Below, piece after piece: positions 1 to 9,627 of a DNA stretch of 32,000 bases. The translations under genes were made by a program, and so were the position numbers. Where the stretch lies: NCBI RefSeq assembly GCF_018336915.1, contig NZ_CP064924.1, positions 90,001 to 122,000 of the forward strand, written 5' to 3'. Source of the DNA: Acaryochloris marina S15 (GTDB taxonomy: Bacteria; Cyanobacteriota; Cyanobacteriia; Thermosynechococcales; Thermosynechococcaceae). How positions within the stretch are numbered: the stretch's first letter is position 1; every line of letters begins with the position of its first letter. Below the pieces are notes generated by a model. The model was not told the DNA's origin, did not search any database, and worked only from the letters and a program-made list of their open reading frames with translations.

Positions 1-300
1 CAGACGATATACACGCTGACTTGCTGAAGTTTGAATTCCCAAGAAACCCATATCAATCCAATCAATTCGTGTTTGCAAAGGGGGAGCGTGAGGGGAAGTG
101 AGTCCTTGGAGCAATGCCCCAATCAAGCCAATACTCAAGGCAGCCATCAAAGCAGACAAAAAAGAACATAATAGAGCTAACACAAGGTAACGACGATAAT
201 ATTTCAGCTCTCGCAGAATCAATTCATGTTCCTGCCATAAGTGGGTTGCTTTCAGTACATTACGAATGGCTATAGGCAGTTGCAATTGCAGTCTTAGCAT
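1..300 (-). CDS. ABC-type exporter, N-terminal transmembrane part (partial, continues past window start)
   Basis: Absent from the ORF track because it runs off the edge. Manual minus-strand translation from the ATG at 300..298 gives MLRLQLQLPIAIRNVLKATHLWQEHELILRELKYYRRYLVLALLCSFLSALMAALSIGLIGALLQGL... It stays open for all 100 codons. The basic stretch followed by a long hydrophobic helix resembles TM1 of MsbA-like ABC exporters. The product call is by resemblance only. Confidence 0.45.
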   Translation of the reverse strand, partial: MLRLQLQLPIAIRNVLKATHLWQEHELILRELKYYRRYLVLALLCSFLSALMAALSIGLIGALLQGLTSPHAPPLQTRIDWIDMGFLGIQTSASQRVYRL

Positions 301-589
301 TTAGTTTTCATAAGACTAGACTGAAGGGGCAGTCAGCTTTGATACAGGCCATATCCCTTGATCTAAAATGGGGGTCTACGTCATGCCAATTGAATTTACT
401 TCGGGTACTTTCCCCGCTGCTTGCAGCGAAGGAATTAGCTCACAATCTAAACCGAAGGTTTGGGAGTGAAACTCTTTTCATACCCCGACTGCTTTCAGCG
501 GGGTAGTTGATTATTTAACCTGGAGATATAAACAATCTAGAGGCCATATCTCCAGGGTTTAAGTATTTATGTTTATAGTGTTTCCGTAA

Positions 590-1295
590 ACTAGAATTAT
601 TGTGCTTCAAATGCCCTTTGGCTGTCGCAAGTCAACGGACAAGCAGCAAAAATAGCTGGAGTCTGTTTGTTTGTCTTTGGATTGAGCCAAAGCAAGCCAG
701 GAGATTGATGTGGGTGTATCCCCCAAACCGTAAGTGAACCTGCAGCGCCCAGCAAGATGATCACATTAGCTGTCAAAATAAAGCCTGCAACTAATGCAAT
801 TGAACTCATTGGCAACACAATCTGCAAACCTAGAGCCAGTAATGCACCACTAATAAAAATGAGTGCCACAACAGGAAACCCCACCACTAACCAACAGACG
901 GTAAGCGTAAAAACCCAGATTAAAAAGCATTTTATTGTTTCTCCCAAAGACCAATTCGGGAAGGCTAAAGAGTTCGATGAGATCATAGTTTTCCCTCAAG
1001 TTTGGTAGGATATTATTTTTAAAAAACAGCGTTTAGCCGACCTGTCACAGAGCACTTATGTTTAGAATCTTCCCCTTTATACTGCCGACGACTAAGGACT
1101 TAATATCTTTGATTGGCTCAAACTCCTTTCTACACAAGACTTTTAGTCTCAATAAAAAAGTAAATCTTTAACTCGTTCGGAGTACAACTATTTCTGAAGG
1201 TAGGCTATTTCTTTAGAATAGTGGGGCAATGTGTCATATACATGTGAAACGTATGCCATGTTCATGACTCAGAGGCAGTCAGTTTGATAAATGGA
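590..1295. repeat. Left copy of a diverged inverted repeat (small-membrane-protein cassette plus upstream region)
   Basis: The reverse complement aligns by eye with 23980-24572 across the coding region, the 3' flank (tatttttgctgcttgtccgttgacttgcgacagcca is identical) and the upstream region (attctaaagaa...cagcct..cttcaga, gagggaNagactatg). The left copy carries about 100 extra bp upstream of the gene. Confidence 0.85.
597..986 (-). CDS. Small hydrophobic protein, about 3 TM helices, unknown family (paralog of 24185..24556)
   Basis: 129-aa ORF with three long hydrophobic stretches. 82 of the first 102 residues are identical to the 24185..24556 product by manual alignment. Conservation of a protein-coding pattern between the copies supports a real gene. 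Confidence 0.7.
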   Translation of the reverse strand: MISSNSLAFPNWSLGETIKCFLIWVFTLTVCWLVVGFPVVALIFISGALLALGLQIVLPMSSIALVAGFILTANVIILLGAAGSLTVWGIHPHQSPGLLWLNPKTNKQTPAIFAACPLTCDSQRAFEAQ

Positions 1296-1330
1296 GATTT
1301 ACCCCCTAATATTACGTAGCTGATCGCGGA

Positions 1331-2227
1331 TCAAAATTTGGGGCTAGCAGGGCTCTTTTGGATTAGGACTGTTTGTGTTGTGTCGTTACCATTTGCGTAT
1401 GCAACCGCATTTTTACCCGCTGATTTCGCGGTATACATGAGTTTGTCTGCAGCTTGAATCAGCTCATCAATAGAATTGGGCGTATATTCAACAATTAAGA
1501 CACCCATGCTGCAGGTGACAGGCCATTGATGCTTTTCCATTTCTTCAAGTAGAATTTTCTGCAATCTGGCAACTATATGCTTGACTTCTGTCTCTTCAGG
1601 TATGTGCAGGAGAGCTGCAAACTCATCCACTCCTATACGAGCAACAAGATCAGTTTCTCGTAAGCAGTCACTCAGAATATCCGAGACGATTGAAAGAAGG
1701 ACATCTCCGGTGTGATGTCCCCATTGATTGTTAATGGTCTTAAAGTTATCTAGATCCAAATAAAGAAGCGCGAAAGGACAGTGGTAGCGCTTAAATCGCT
1801 GGACTTCCATATTGACGGCGTGATAGAAGGCTCTGTGGTTCAACAGCTTCGTCAAGGGATCTGTTCGAGCGAGTTGGCGCTCGGACTCTAGAATCAGCCT
1901 CTGTTCAGCCAGCAAAGAGGCAACAACCATAAAAAAGCCTAAACGTGTTAAGGCATTCCAATACAACAGATAAGACTGGGAAAACTGCAACCCGGCAAGT
2001 CTGTTAGTCGCCAGCCATAGTGCAGCACTCACTAAAGACATTATGAAACCACTCCTACGACTAATACCCCAGGCTACGAGAGTAACTGGTAGTAAGTAGA
2101 AGATAGAAAAGGATAGTTCAAATCCTGTCCAGTAATCCATCACGCCTATGATGAGCAAGGCAAATGTGGCGATTCCCCATAAAAGTGGTTTAGAACTCTG
2201 CTCAATTAATAAGAGTAAAGTTCTCAT
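1331..2227 (-). CDS. Membrane-anchored GGDEF-domain protein (diguanylate-cyclase family) with a degenerate GVDEF active-site motif
   Basis: 298 aa. The N-terminal 110 aa or so are hydrophobic. The GGDEF-domain hallmarks are DPLTKLLNHRAF, LLYLDLDNFKTINNQWGHHTGD and RETDLVARIGVDEFAALL. Confidence 0.85.
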   Translation of the reverse strand: MRTLLLLIEQSSKPLLWGIATFALLIIGVMDYWTGFELSFSIFYLLPVTLVAWGISRRSGFIMSLVSAALWLATNRLAGLQFSQSYLLYWNALTRLGFFMVVASLLAEQRLILESERQLARTDPLTKLLNHRAFYHAVNMEVQRFKRYHCPFALLYLDLDNFKTINNQWGHHTGDVLLSIVSDILSDCLRETDLVARIGVDEFAALLHIPEETEVKHIVARLQKILLEEMEKHQWPVTCSMGVLIVEYTPNSIDELIQAADKLMYTAKSAGKNAVAYANGNDTTQTVLIQKSPASPKF

Positions 2228-2376
2228 TACAGCTCTCCAGACAACTAATAATTCGTGATCACAAAATGGTTCGGTTATGTTTGAGTGGAACGACTCAACT
2301 GCATCAGCAATGAAGGTCTATCCCTATTAGACTAGGGGGAGAAATCTTGAGTCTTCAGAACATTCCAATACATGCT

Positions 2377-5223
2377 CTAATGTATATTGCTCAGCCTCCG
2401 ATGATGCCACCAACGCGACACCACTTTCTCAAGTTCAATCCAAACAAACATGAGAGTACTAAACCCCAAACAAATCAGCAACTCTAACCCACTTAAAGGA
2501 TGGACATCGAAAAAAGTTTGGAGAAAAGGGACGTATAGAACTAACAATTGCAACAAAGTGGTTATGGTGACAGCTCCCAGCAGGAAAGGATTGGATAAGG
2601 GATTGAGCTGAAACGTTAGCTGAGTATCAGAGCGTACCGCTATCGCATGACCCATCTGCGCCAGACATAAGGTCGTAAAGACCATCGTTTTCCAAGTGTT
2701 TGGATCACCTGGGTAGCCCGGTGCTTGGGTATAGCTGTATGCCCAGATCATCAGACTAATCGTCAAGATAGACAGCATCAAACCAATGCGGACCATATAC
2801 CATCCCAGACCACGGGCAAAAATGCTTTCACGGGGATTATGGGGAGGTCGTTGCATCACACCTGCTTCAGCAGGTTCCATCGCTAGCGCCAAAGCGGGTA
2901 ATCCATCAGTAACTAAATTCATCCATAGGATTTGAAGTGGGGATAAGGGAACGCCACCTAGTCCCAGCAGGGGAGCCGACGCAATGGTAATTACCTCGCC
3001 AATGTTGCTACCGAGAATGTACTTAATGAAACGGCGAATGTTGCTGTAAATGACCCTTCCTTCCTCAGTAGCTGCAACGATGGTGGCAAAGTTATCGTCT
3101 AGGAGAATCATATCGCTGGCTTCTTTACTGACATCGGTGCCAGTGATTCCCATGGCAATGCCAATATCTGCCTGCTTAAGTGCTGGGGCATCATTTACAC
3201 CATCTCCCGTCATAGCAACAAAGGCATGGCGACGCTGCAAAGCTTGGACAATCTGAAGTTTGTGCTCCGGTGCTACACGAGCATATACGCTCACCCGTTC
3301 AACCTGATATTCAAGTTCTTGGGGAGATAGTTGGGCCAACTCTTGCCCACTTAATACTTCATCTCCGGGTTGGGCAATGCCAATGTCTTGAGCAATGGCC
3401 ATGGCCGTGAGCTGATGGTCACCCGTAATCATTACGGGTCGAATCCCGGCTCGGCGACAACGAGCAACAGCAGCTTTAGCTTCAGGACGAGCCGCATCTA
3501 AAATACCCACCAGTCCTAACCAAATCAGATCTTGCTCAACATGGTCTAGCGTTGCTGGATCAGGGGGGGCTGATAAGGCTTTATAAGCTATCCCCAGCAC
3601 CCTTAGTCCTTTGCTGGCCATCGTATTATTCTGGGTGAGGATGCGTTCTCGCTGAGTAGCCGTCATTCCCTGCGCAGATGCCTTAAGCTGCACCTGACGA
3701 CATTGCTGCAATACTAACTCTGGGGAGCCCTTCATAAATAAGGAGTAAGGCTGAGTAAACCCTAGATTATCGTCTTGAGACAGTATGGTCTCGCAAATGA
3801 CACTCATCCGTTTTCGCTCGGATGTAAAAGGGATTTCGGCTAAGCGGGGAAAAGCATTTTGCAATTCAATCGGCCCCAGACCCGCTTTACTTGCAAGAAC
3901 CAAGAGTGCTCCTTCAGTTGGGTCACCCATAATAGCCCATTTACCATTCTCCTTTTGCAGCGCCGCATCATTACATAGAGAGCTAGCCATCAGCAGCATT
4001 TCTAGCTCAGGATATTGTGCAGATAATACGGCTTGCCCCTGATTAATGAATTCGCCGATAGGCTCATACCCTATGCCACTAACTTCAAAGTCGTCTAGAG
4101 CCAGCTGAATCTGCTGGGCCACCATTTTGTTCTGAGTGAGAGTCCCCGTTTTATCCGAGCAGATAGTGGTGACAGATCCAAGCGTCTCCACAGCAGGGAG
4201 TTTCCGAATTAGGGCTTGGCGACGGACCATGCGCTGGGTTCCGAGTGCCAGCGTTACTGTAATTACGGCAGGTAGACCCTCTGGAACTACTGCCACTGCC
4301 ATGCTCAGTGAAACCTCCAGTAGATCATCAACTAAGCTAAAGTTTCCCTCCCGCAAGATACCACCTAGGACGATGAATCCCACTAGCACCATAGATCCAG
4401 TAACCAAGACATTCCCCAACTGCCCCATGCGTTGCTGTAAGGGGGTCGGCTCAGTTTCCACGGATTGCAGCATTGCCGCAATCCGCCCTAGTTCTGTGCC
4501 CATGCCTGTAGCAGTAACAATTGCAGTCCCTCGCCCTTGAATCACCTCTGTCCCTCGAAAGACGAGATTATGACGATCTCCTAGAGCTGTATCTTCCGGC
4601 AAAGTCAAGTTAGTCTGCTTGGTCACGGCCTCTGCTTCACCCGTCAAGGCCGATTCACGGATTGAAAGGCTAGCCGTACTCAATAACCGACCATCAGCAG
4701 GTACCTGTACTCCTGCTCCTAGGAAAATGATATCCCCAGGTACTAACTCTTTGGAATCTACTTCCATCTCCTGGCCTTGGCGAACTACCCGAACCCGAGC
4801 TGAAGTCATAGATTTTAGGGCAGCCAGAGCCTGCTCCGCCCGACTTTCCTGCACAAAGCCTAGCCAACCGTTGAGCAGCACAATGGCTGAGATCGCGACG
4901 GCATCCTTAGGAAATTGACGATCCTGTAGATCCAACACAGCTGAAACTATGGCGACAGCGATCAACATCAATAACATGATGTTTTTGAATTGATCGATCA
5001 AGATATCCCAAGTTGAGCGACCTGCAGCTTCTTGTAACTCATTGTGGCCATACTGTTGTTGTCGATATATGACTTGATCTAGGGTGAGACCTTGGAGTTG
5101 ATCGCTCTCTAAGTTGTGCAGAATAGATTTGACATCAAGGGTATGCCAAGTTGATGTTGGTGGTTGCTCTAATTTCTGCAGTGGGGTTGAGGAGACTATA
5201 GTCACAATGCTTTCCTCAGGCAA
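2377..5223 (-). CDS. Cation-transporting P-type ATPase, type IIA (SERCA/PacL-like Ca2+-ATPase)
   Basis: 948 aa with the full P-type motif set: [48 protein letters not shown]. It has N- and C-terminal TM bundles. The track start is a TTG at 5223, so the exact start is uncertain. Confidence 0.92.
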   Translation of the reverse strand: MPEESIVTIVSSTPLQKLEQPPTSTWHTLDVKSILHNLESDQLQGLTLDQVIYRQQQYGHNELQEAAGRSTWDILIDQFKNIMLLMLIAVAIVSAVLDLQDRQFPKDAVAISAIVLLNGWLGFVQESRAEQALAALKSMTSARVRVVRQGQEMEVDSKELVPGDIIFLGAGVQVPADGRLLSTASLSIRESALTGEAEAVTKQTNLTLPEDTALGDRHNLVFRGTEVIQGRGTAIVTATGMGTELGRIAAMLQSVETEPTPLQQRMGQLGNVLVTGSMVLVGFIVLGGILREGNFSLVDDLLEVSLSMAVAVVPEGLPAVITVTLALGTQRMVRRQALIRKLPAVETLGSVTTICSDKTGTLTQNKMVAQQIQLALDDFEVSGIGYEPIGEFINQGQAVLSAQYPELEMLLMASSLCNDAALQKENGKWAIMGDPTEGALLVLASKAGLGPIELQNAFPRLAEIPFTSERKRMSVICETILSQDDNLGFTQPYSLFMKGSPELVLQQCRQVQLKASAQGMTATQRERILTQNNTMASKGLRVLGIAYKALSAPPDPATLDHVEQDLIWLGLVGILDAARPEAKAAVARCRRAGIRPVMITGDHQLTAMAIAQDIGIAQPGDEVLSGQELAQLSPQELEYQVERVSVYARVAPEHKLQIVQALQRRHAFVAMTGDGVNDAPALKQADIGIAMGITGTDVSKEASDMILLDDNFATIVAATEEGRVIYSNIRRFIKYILGSNIGEVITIASAPLLGLGGVPLSPLQILWMNLVTDGLPALALAMEPAEAGVMQRPPHNPRESIFARGLGWYMVRIGLMLSILTISLMIWAYSYTQAPGYPGDPNTWKTMVFTTLCLAQMGHAIAVRSDTQLTFQLNPLSNPFLLGAVTITTLLQLLVLYVPFLQTFFDVHPLSGLELLICLGFSTLMFVWIELEKVVSRWWHHRRLSNIH

Positions 5224-5265
5224 AAGTAGCCTTAGTGATTCTCGAAGTAATGATTAATTTGAATG

Positions 5266-6267
5266 TCAGCTCACAAAATAGTCAGCAATATCAGGATTAC
5301 TCTTTTGCAGGCGATCAATCGCATCTTTTAGGAGTTGGCGCACCCGTTCACGACTAATGTCCATTTGACGACCGACTTCAGCCAAGGAACGCTCATTGCC
5401 ATCCAACAAACCATATCGAAGTGTTATGGCCTCTCGCTGTTGGATTGTTAGGATTGCCAATAAAAAATGGATAATACTGGGTAGGGTTTGCTGATTAACA
5501 AATTCTTCTGGCAATGGATCTTCGGATTCAATAAACTCAGCAAGGGAACAATCTTGGTCTTCACCCACTTTTATATCTAATGACAGAGTATGGAATGAGA
5601 GACGAAGATATTCTCTCACTTTTTCAGGGGCAAGGGAGAGGGCTTGAGCAATTTCTTCTGTCGTTGGAATACGGCCTAAAGATTGTGATAATTCCCGCCG
5701 CGTTTTCTTAATCTTATTGAAGTGTTCGGTTAAATAAATGGGTAGCCTGATTGTGCGGCCCTGATCTGCGATCGCGCGGGTAATCCCTTGCCGAATCCAC
5801 CAGTAGGCATAAGTCGAGAAGCGATAGCCTCGCTTTGGATCATATTTTTCCGCTGCTCTGCCTAGACCCAAGGTTCCCTCCTGAATCAGATCCAGGAGCT
5901 CTAAATTACGGTCATTGTATTTTTTGGCAATGACAACAACAAGACGTAAGTTGGCTGTAATCATTTTCTGTTTGGCCTTACGACCCTGCTCAAGCTGCGA
6001 TTCTAGTACTGTTGACTCCAAATGAGCAGCTTGTGCCCAAGTTTGAATTGAAGGCTCAATCCCAGCTTCATTAGTCAACTGGTCCCTCAGATCCAACAAC
6101 GCCATCATCGTTTGAACTTCTCTGCCCAATTGCAATTCTTGGTCTGGAGTTAATAGAGGGTATCGGCCAATGTCACGAAGGTATTGGCGAACATTATCTA
6201 CTGAGTTGTTACGCTTGCTAGCCCGATACTGAGTTAAGGGGTGAGTGACTGGTGTCATGATTGTCAT
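5266..6267 (-). CDS. RNA polymerase sigma-70 family factor, group-2-like (paralog 1)
   Basis: 333 aa. Region 2 is ITANLRLVVVIAKKYNDRNLELLDLIQEGTLGL...GYRFSTYAYWWIRQGITRAIADQGRTIRLP. Region 4 is LRYGL...SLAEVGRQMDISRERVRQL. The stop lies 42 bp upstream of the ATPase start. Confidence 0.92.
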   Translation of the reverse strand: MTIMTPVTHPLTQYRASKRNNSVDNVRQYLRDIGRYPLLTPDQELQLGREVQTMMALLDLRDQLTNEAGIEPSIQTWAQAAHLESTVLESQLEQGRKAKQKMITANLRLVVVIAKKYNDRNLELLDLIQEGTLGLGRAAEKYDPKRGYRFSTYAYWWIRQGITRAIADQGRTIRLPIYLTEHFNKIKKTRRELSQSLGRIPTTEEIAQALSLAPEKVREYLRLSFHTLSLDIKVGEDQDCSLAEFIESEDPLPEEFVNQQTLPSIIHFLLAILTIQQREAITLRYGLLDGNERSLAEVGRQMDISRERVRQLLKDAIDRLQKSNPDIADYFVS

Positions 6268-6645
6268 CTCTCTGACTTGAAATAGAGTTTGATTGCTCTG
6301 TTCCTAGAAAAATTAAGGCTTTTAGTGATGTGAGAAGGGAATCTCCCTTGTGGTAGTGAAGAATGTTCTCTGCCAAAATATCTAAATAGACTCGAATGTT
6401 GGCAATTAATGCTTACTTAGAAAATTACAAGTACTGAATGCTATATGAGGAGTGAAGTTCCTTTCAAAATGAGAATATATACAATACATCTATTGAATAA
6501 GAACTTGTCCGAGACAGAATCGACCTCAAGACCAAAAATATAGATTTGACTCAGCCAAATGGACTAGTCCGCTTGGCAGTTGACTATAATCACTGGGGAC
6601 AGGTTTGACGGGTATCAAAAAAAATGACCGTTAACTCAAAGAACA

Positions 6646-8418
6646 TCAGCGTTTAAAGATGATTTTGAGAAACACTTTAGGGCGTTCTCCACGCCTAAGT
6701 TCTGGTCCTGATCGATTGTTGATACGATTCTTATCAACTTGCCATTTTTTAGCTAGAACTGTTTTAATGGCCTGGAATCGATTAACATTCATCACTGAAC
6801 TTTCCAAGCTTTCCGCTCTAGCTACGATATCTACACTCAACTCAGGTTGCTGTTGTAGAATTTGGCCGACCTGATTCAGTTTCTGTTGATTCTCAGAGGA
6901 GAGGGTGGAAAGATCAAAGTCAAAGGTCAGCTGGTCAGGAGACGTAGGCACTCGCTCTAAAACTATCTGAGCTGTGGGTGTACTTAGACGATTTCGTAAA
7001 TCTTCTCTTAGTAAAGTTTGGGCATCTCGATCAATATCCCGATCACTGAGATAGAAAATTTTAAGGGTGAGGGGAATTATGGCACTGGTGCTAGCTTCAT
7101 GTCGTAAGAGCTGGGCAGGCGTTGGTAGAACCAATTCCCCTAATGCAGTATTCACGGTTTGTAGAAACTTTACTTGAGTCTGAGGAACCGTCAATGGTGG
7201 AGGAGTGCTTGGAGCTATAGGTTCCGGCAACACCTGATCGCCAGATAATTGCGCTAACAGCTTATTCGATGCAGTCAGAATTTCGATCAGCTGGATATCC
7301 AAGGACTCCACTGAACGCCCTAACTGGCGAGCTAAGGTTTCTCTGAAAGTTTGGCGTTCACCGAAAGTATAGGGGTCACTAGTGAATACGGTCAGTTGCA
7401 ACGTCAGTTTGTCATCGGTCGCGGCAGTTATTAACTGGCTTATATAGGATCGGGGTTCTCCTGATGAGGATTTGGCAAACTCTTTTTGCCAAATTGTTGT
7501 GGTCAGGCTTTTCAGTCGATTATCTTCCTGTTTTTGAGCTAACTCTGCCTGTAATCGTAGAAAGGCTTGATTGAGGGGAATTAATAAGAGGACGATCGGG
7601 AGTAACATGACTACTAACCGACTAGGCAAACTGCCAATTTTTTGCAACCGACTAGTTAACGGCAAGCGAGCTAAAAAGGTCTGGACCCATTGGCTTTCGG
7701 GATCTTGAGCATGCCATGAACGAACCTGAGTTTTTACCTCTGGTATGCCTATATTAAGAGCCAGAAACACCAACATGGACATAAAAGTAATTGCCGCTAA
7801 GTTGGTGAGAAACAACAATCCACCTCCTCGGGCAACTTGAAAACCGCTTGTAACAGTAATGTCAGGACTTAATCCAATGCCAATGCCATAACCGACAACA
7901 CAGAGGGGTGGCATGAGTGCCACTGCGATCGCAACACCTGGAATTGACGTAACAACTCCTTTCGGTTCTTTAGCTGTGGCAATCGATCCCAATGCTCCAG
8001 AAAATAACGCAATAAATAAATCTAAGGCATTGGGCTGGGTACGAGCCGCAATCTCAGATGTGAGTTCTTTAAAGGGGATGATGGTAATTATGATTACAGC
8101 AAAAGCAATAGCAACCGTACAGCTCACCGCCAAATTGACAATGGCCCTTGTCCCTAAAATTAAATCGCCAACCGCGAAAGCCAAACCATTGGCTAGAATG
8201 GCACCCATCAGTGGCGAAATCAGCATGGCACCAATAATCACTGCTGGACTATTGAGGACCAAGCCGAAAGTAGCAATGCCTGCTGAAAACAGTACCTGTA
8301 ACCAATAACTGAGATCTCCCAAACTCACTGAATCGAGAAGGCTGTGATAAATTTCTGCTTTGCGGCGAGGACTGATCTCTAGATGATCAGCCAGCCAATT
8401 GCGAAGATGTACTGCCAT
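6646..8418 (-). CDS. DUF389-family integral membrane protein with a long C-terminal soluble extension
   Basis: 590 aa. The N-terminal half carries the DUF389 signature (VIIGAMLISPLMGAILANGLAFAVGD) and multiple TM helices. The C-terminal 270 aa or so are non-hydrophobic. The last 90 aa or so (LTFDFDLSTLSSENQQKLNQVGQILQQQPELSVDIVARAES...) loosely resemble OmpA/MotB-like C-domains; this last resemblance is low confidence. Confidence 0.8.
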   Translation of the reverse strand: MAVHLRNWLADHLEISPRRKAEIYHSLLDSVSLGDLSYWLQVLFSAGIATFGLVLNSPAVIIGAMLISPLMGAILANGLAFAVGDLILGTRAIVNLAVSCTVAIAFAVIIITIIPFKELTSEIAARTQPNALDLFIALFSGALGSIATAKEPKGVVTSIPGVAIAVALMPPLCVVGYGIGIGLSPDITVTSGFQVARGGGLLFLTNLAAITFMSMLVFLALNIGIPEVKTQVRSWHAQDPESQWVQTFLARLPLTSRLQKIGSLPSRLVVMLLPIVLLLIPLNQAFLRLQAELAQKQEDNRLKSLTTTIWQKEFAKSSSGEPRSYISQLITAATDDKLTLQLTVFTSDPYTFGERQTFRETLARQLGRSVESLDIQLIEILTASNKLLAQLSGDQVLPEPIAPSTPPPLTVPQTQVKFLQTVNTALGELVLPTPAQLLRHEASTSAIIPLTLKIFYLSDRDIDRDAQTLLREDLRNRLSTPTAQIVLERVPTSPDQLTFDFDLSTLSSENQQKLNQVGQILQQQPELSVDIVARAESLESSVMNVNRFQAIKTVLAKKWQVDKNRINNRSGPELRRGERPKVFLKIIFKR

Positions 8419-8477
8419 TAAACTGATTCGCCCTTTCTTACAGGAAAGCTAGGATGAACATAAGCTCGATTTAGTGA

Positions 8478-9476
8478 TCAGCTAGCGAGAAAGTCCTGCA
8501 TGCCTTCCTTATGCTTTTGCAGATTTTTAATCGCTTGCTGCTGTATCTGGCGCACTCGCTCTCTACTCACACCCATCCGTCGACCAATGGCCGCGAGCGT
8601 ATGTACCTGTCCGTCAATCAAGCCATATCGAAGAATTAGAACGTCTCGCTGTTGGTTGGGAAGTGAATCCAATAATTGATTGATAGATTGATAAAACAAT
8701 TGCTGTGTAACTAATTGTTCAGGTTGCGGCCCCTCAGATTCTATAAAATCACCCACTGTCTGGTCCTGATCATCACCCACTCTGTGATCGAGGGAAAGCG
8801 TATGTTGAGCGATACGCAAAGACTCTAGAACTTCCTCGACGCCAATTGATAACTCTTTCCCAATCTCTGCCGGTGTTGGACTTCGGCCTAAGGATTGAGA
8901 AAGTTGTCGCTGAGCGCGCTTGATCTTATTAAGCTTTTCAAAACAATGGACGGGGAGGCGAACAGTACGACCTTGTTCCGCAATTGCGCGAGTAATTCCT
9001 TGCCGAATCCACCAATAGGCATAGGTCGAAAATCGATACCCCCGTTGAGGGTCAAACTTTTCAACAGCTCTTGCCAGTCCCAACGTTCCCTCTTGTATGA
9101 GATCGAGAAACTCCAGATTACGGTCTTGGTATTTCTTGGCTATGACAACGACCAAGCGTAGATTGGCAGTGATCATTCTCTGTTTGGCCTGTTGCCCCTG
9201 TGCCAGTTGTTCCTCAAGTAAGCTTATTTCGCACTGAGCTTCCTCAGCCCATATTTGCAAAGAAGGGGCCACTCCAAGGCTTTGAGTCAGCTGTTCTTTG
9301 AGAGCTTGTAGTGACACCATAATCTGAACTTGTCTGCTCAATTGTAATTCTTGGGCATGAGTGAGTAAGGGCACCCGTCCAATTTCCCGCAAGTAAAGAC
9401 GCACATTGTCGGTAACTATTTTCTGTTTTCCAACTCCAGATTGGTTATGTTTGGAGCGTTTGATGAGTTCTGTCAT
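8478..9476 (-). CDS. RNA polymerase sigma-70 family factor, group-2-like (paralog 2)
   Basis: 332 aa. It shares long identical blocks with 5266..6267 (ITANLRLVVVIAKKY, LIQEGTLGL, GYRFSTYAYWWIRQGITRAIA, SRERVRQ). The stop lies 59 bp upstream of the DUF389 start. Confidence 0.92.
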   Translation of the reverse strand: MTELIKRSKHNQSGVGKQKIVTDNVRLYLREIGRVPLLTHAQELQLSRQVQIMVSLQALKEQLTQSLGVAPSLQIWAEEAQCEISLLEEQLAQGQQAKQRMITANLRLVVVIAKKYQDRNLEFLDLIQEGTLGLARAVEKFDPQRGYRFSTYAYWWIRQGITRAIAEQGRTVRLPVHCFEKLNKIKRAQRQLSQSLGRSPTPAEIGKELSIGVEEVLESLRIAQHTLSLDHRVGDDQDQTVGDFIESEGPQPEQLVTQQLFYQSINQLLDSLPNQQRDVLILRYGLIDGQVHTLAAIGRRMGVSRERVRQIQQQAIKNLQKHKEGMQDFLAS

Positions 9477-9627
9477 GAAGTCTTCTCTCTAACATGGAAT
9501 GAAGTTTTGGGAATTTGGACAACAGAGAAAGATAATCGGCTGTGCCTTATCACAAAGCTGAAAAATTACATAACACATCAAAAAATGACTAGCCCAATTT
9601 AAAGCTATGCCTCTATTCATCAGATCC

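Noticed and set aside
411-504. Two GC-rich hairpin-forming motifs, ccccgctgcttgcagcg.. at about 411 and ccccgactgctttcagcgggg at about 484. They are spaced about 73 bp apart, which is the periodicity of a CRISPR repeat plus spacer.
   Set aside because: There are only two copies, and they are only loosely similar to each other outside the stem. No further units and no cas genes are present. More likely these are ordinary intergenic stem-loops, alongside the 10-bp inverted repeat ctggagatat/atatctccag at 520-555.
3050-4918. Plus-strand ORFs 3050..3256, 3785..4042, 4136..4540 and 4619..4918.
   Set aside because: All lie antisense within the well-supported P-type ATPase gene. Their Ser/Ala/Arg/Pro-rich, low-complexity composition is typical of shadow ORFs.
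6586-6597. TTGACT immediately followed by TATAAT on the plus strand (ttgactataat).
   Set aside because: The two hexamers are adjacent rather than about 17 bp apart. No plus-strand gene lies downstream, so it is not a credible promoter.
6659-8308. Plus-strand ORFs 6659..6874 and 7913..8308.
   Set aside because: They lie antisense inside the DUF389 gene and have no motifs. They are shadow frames of a hydrophobic-protein gene.
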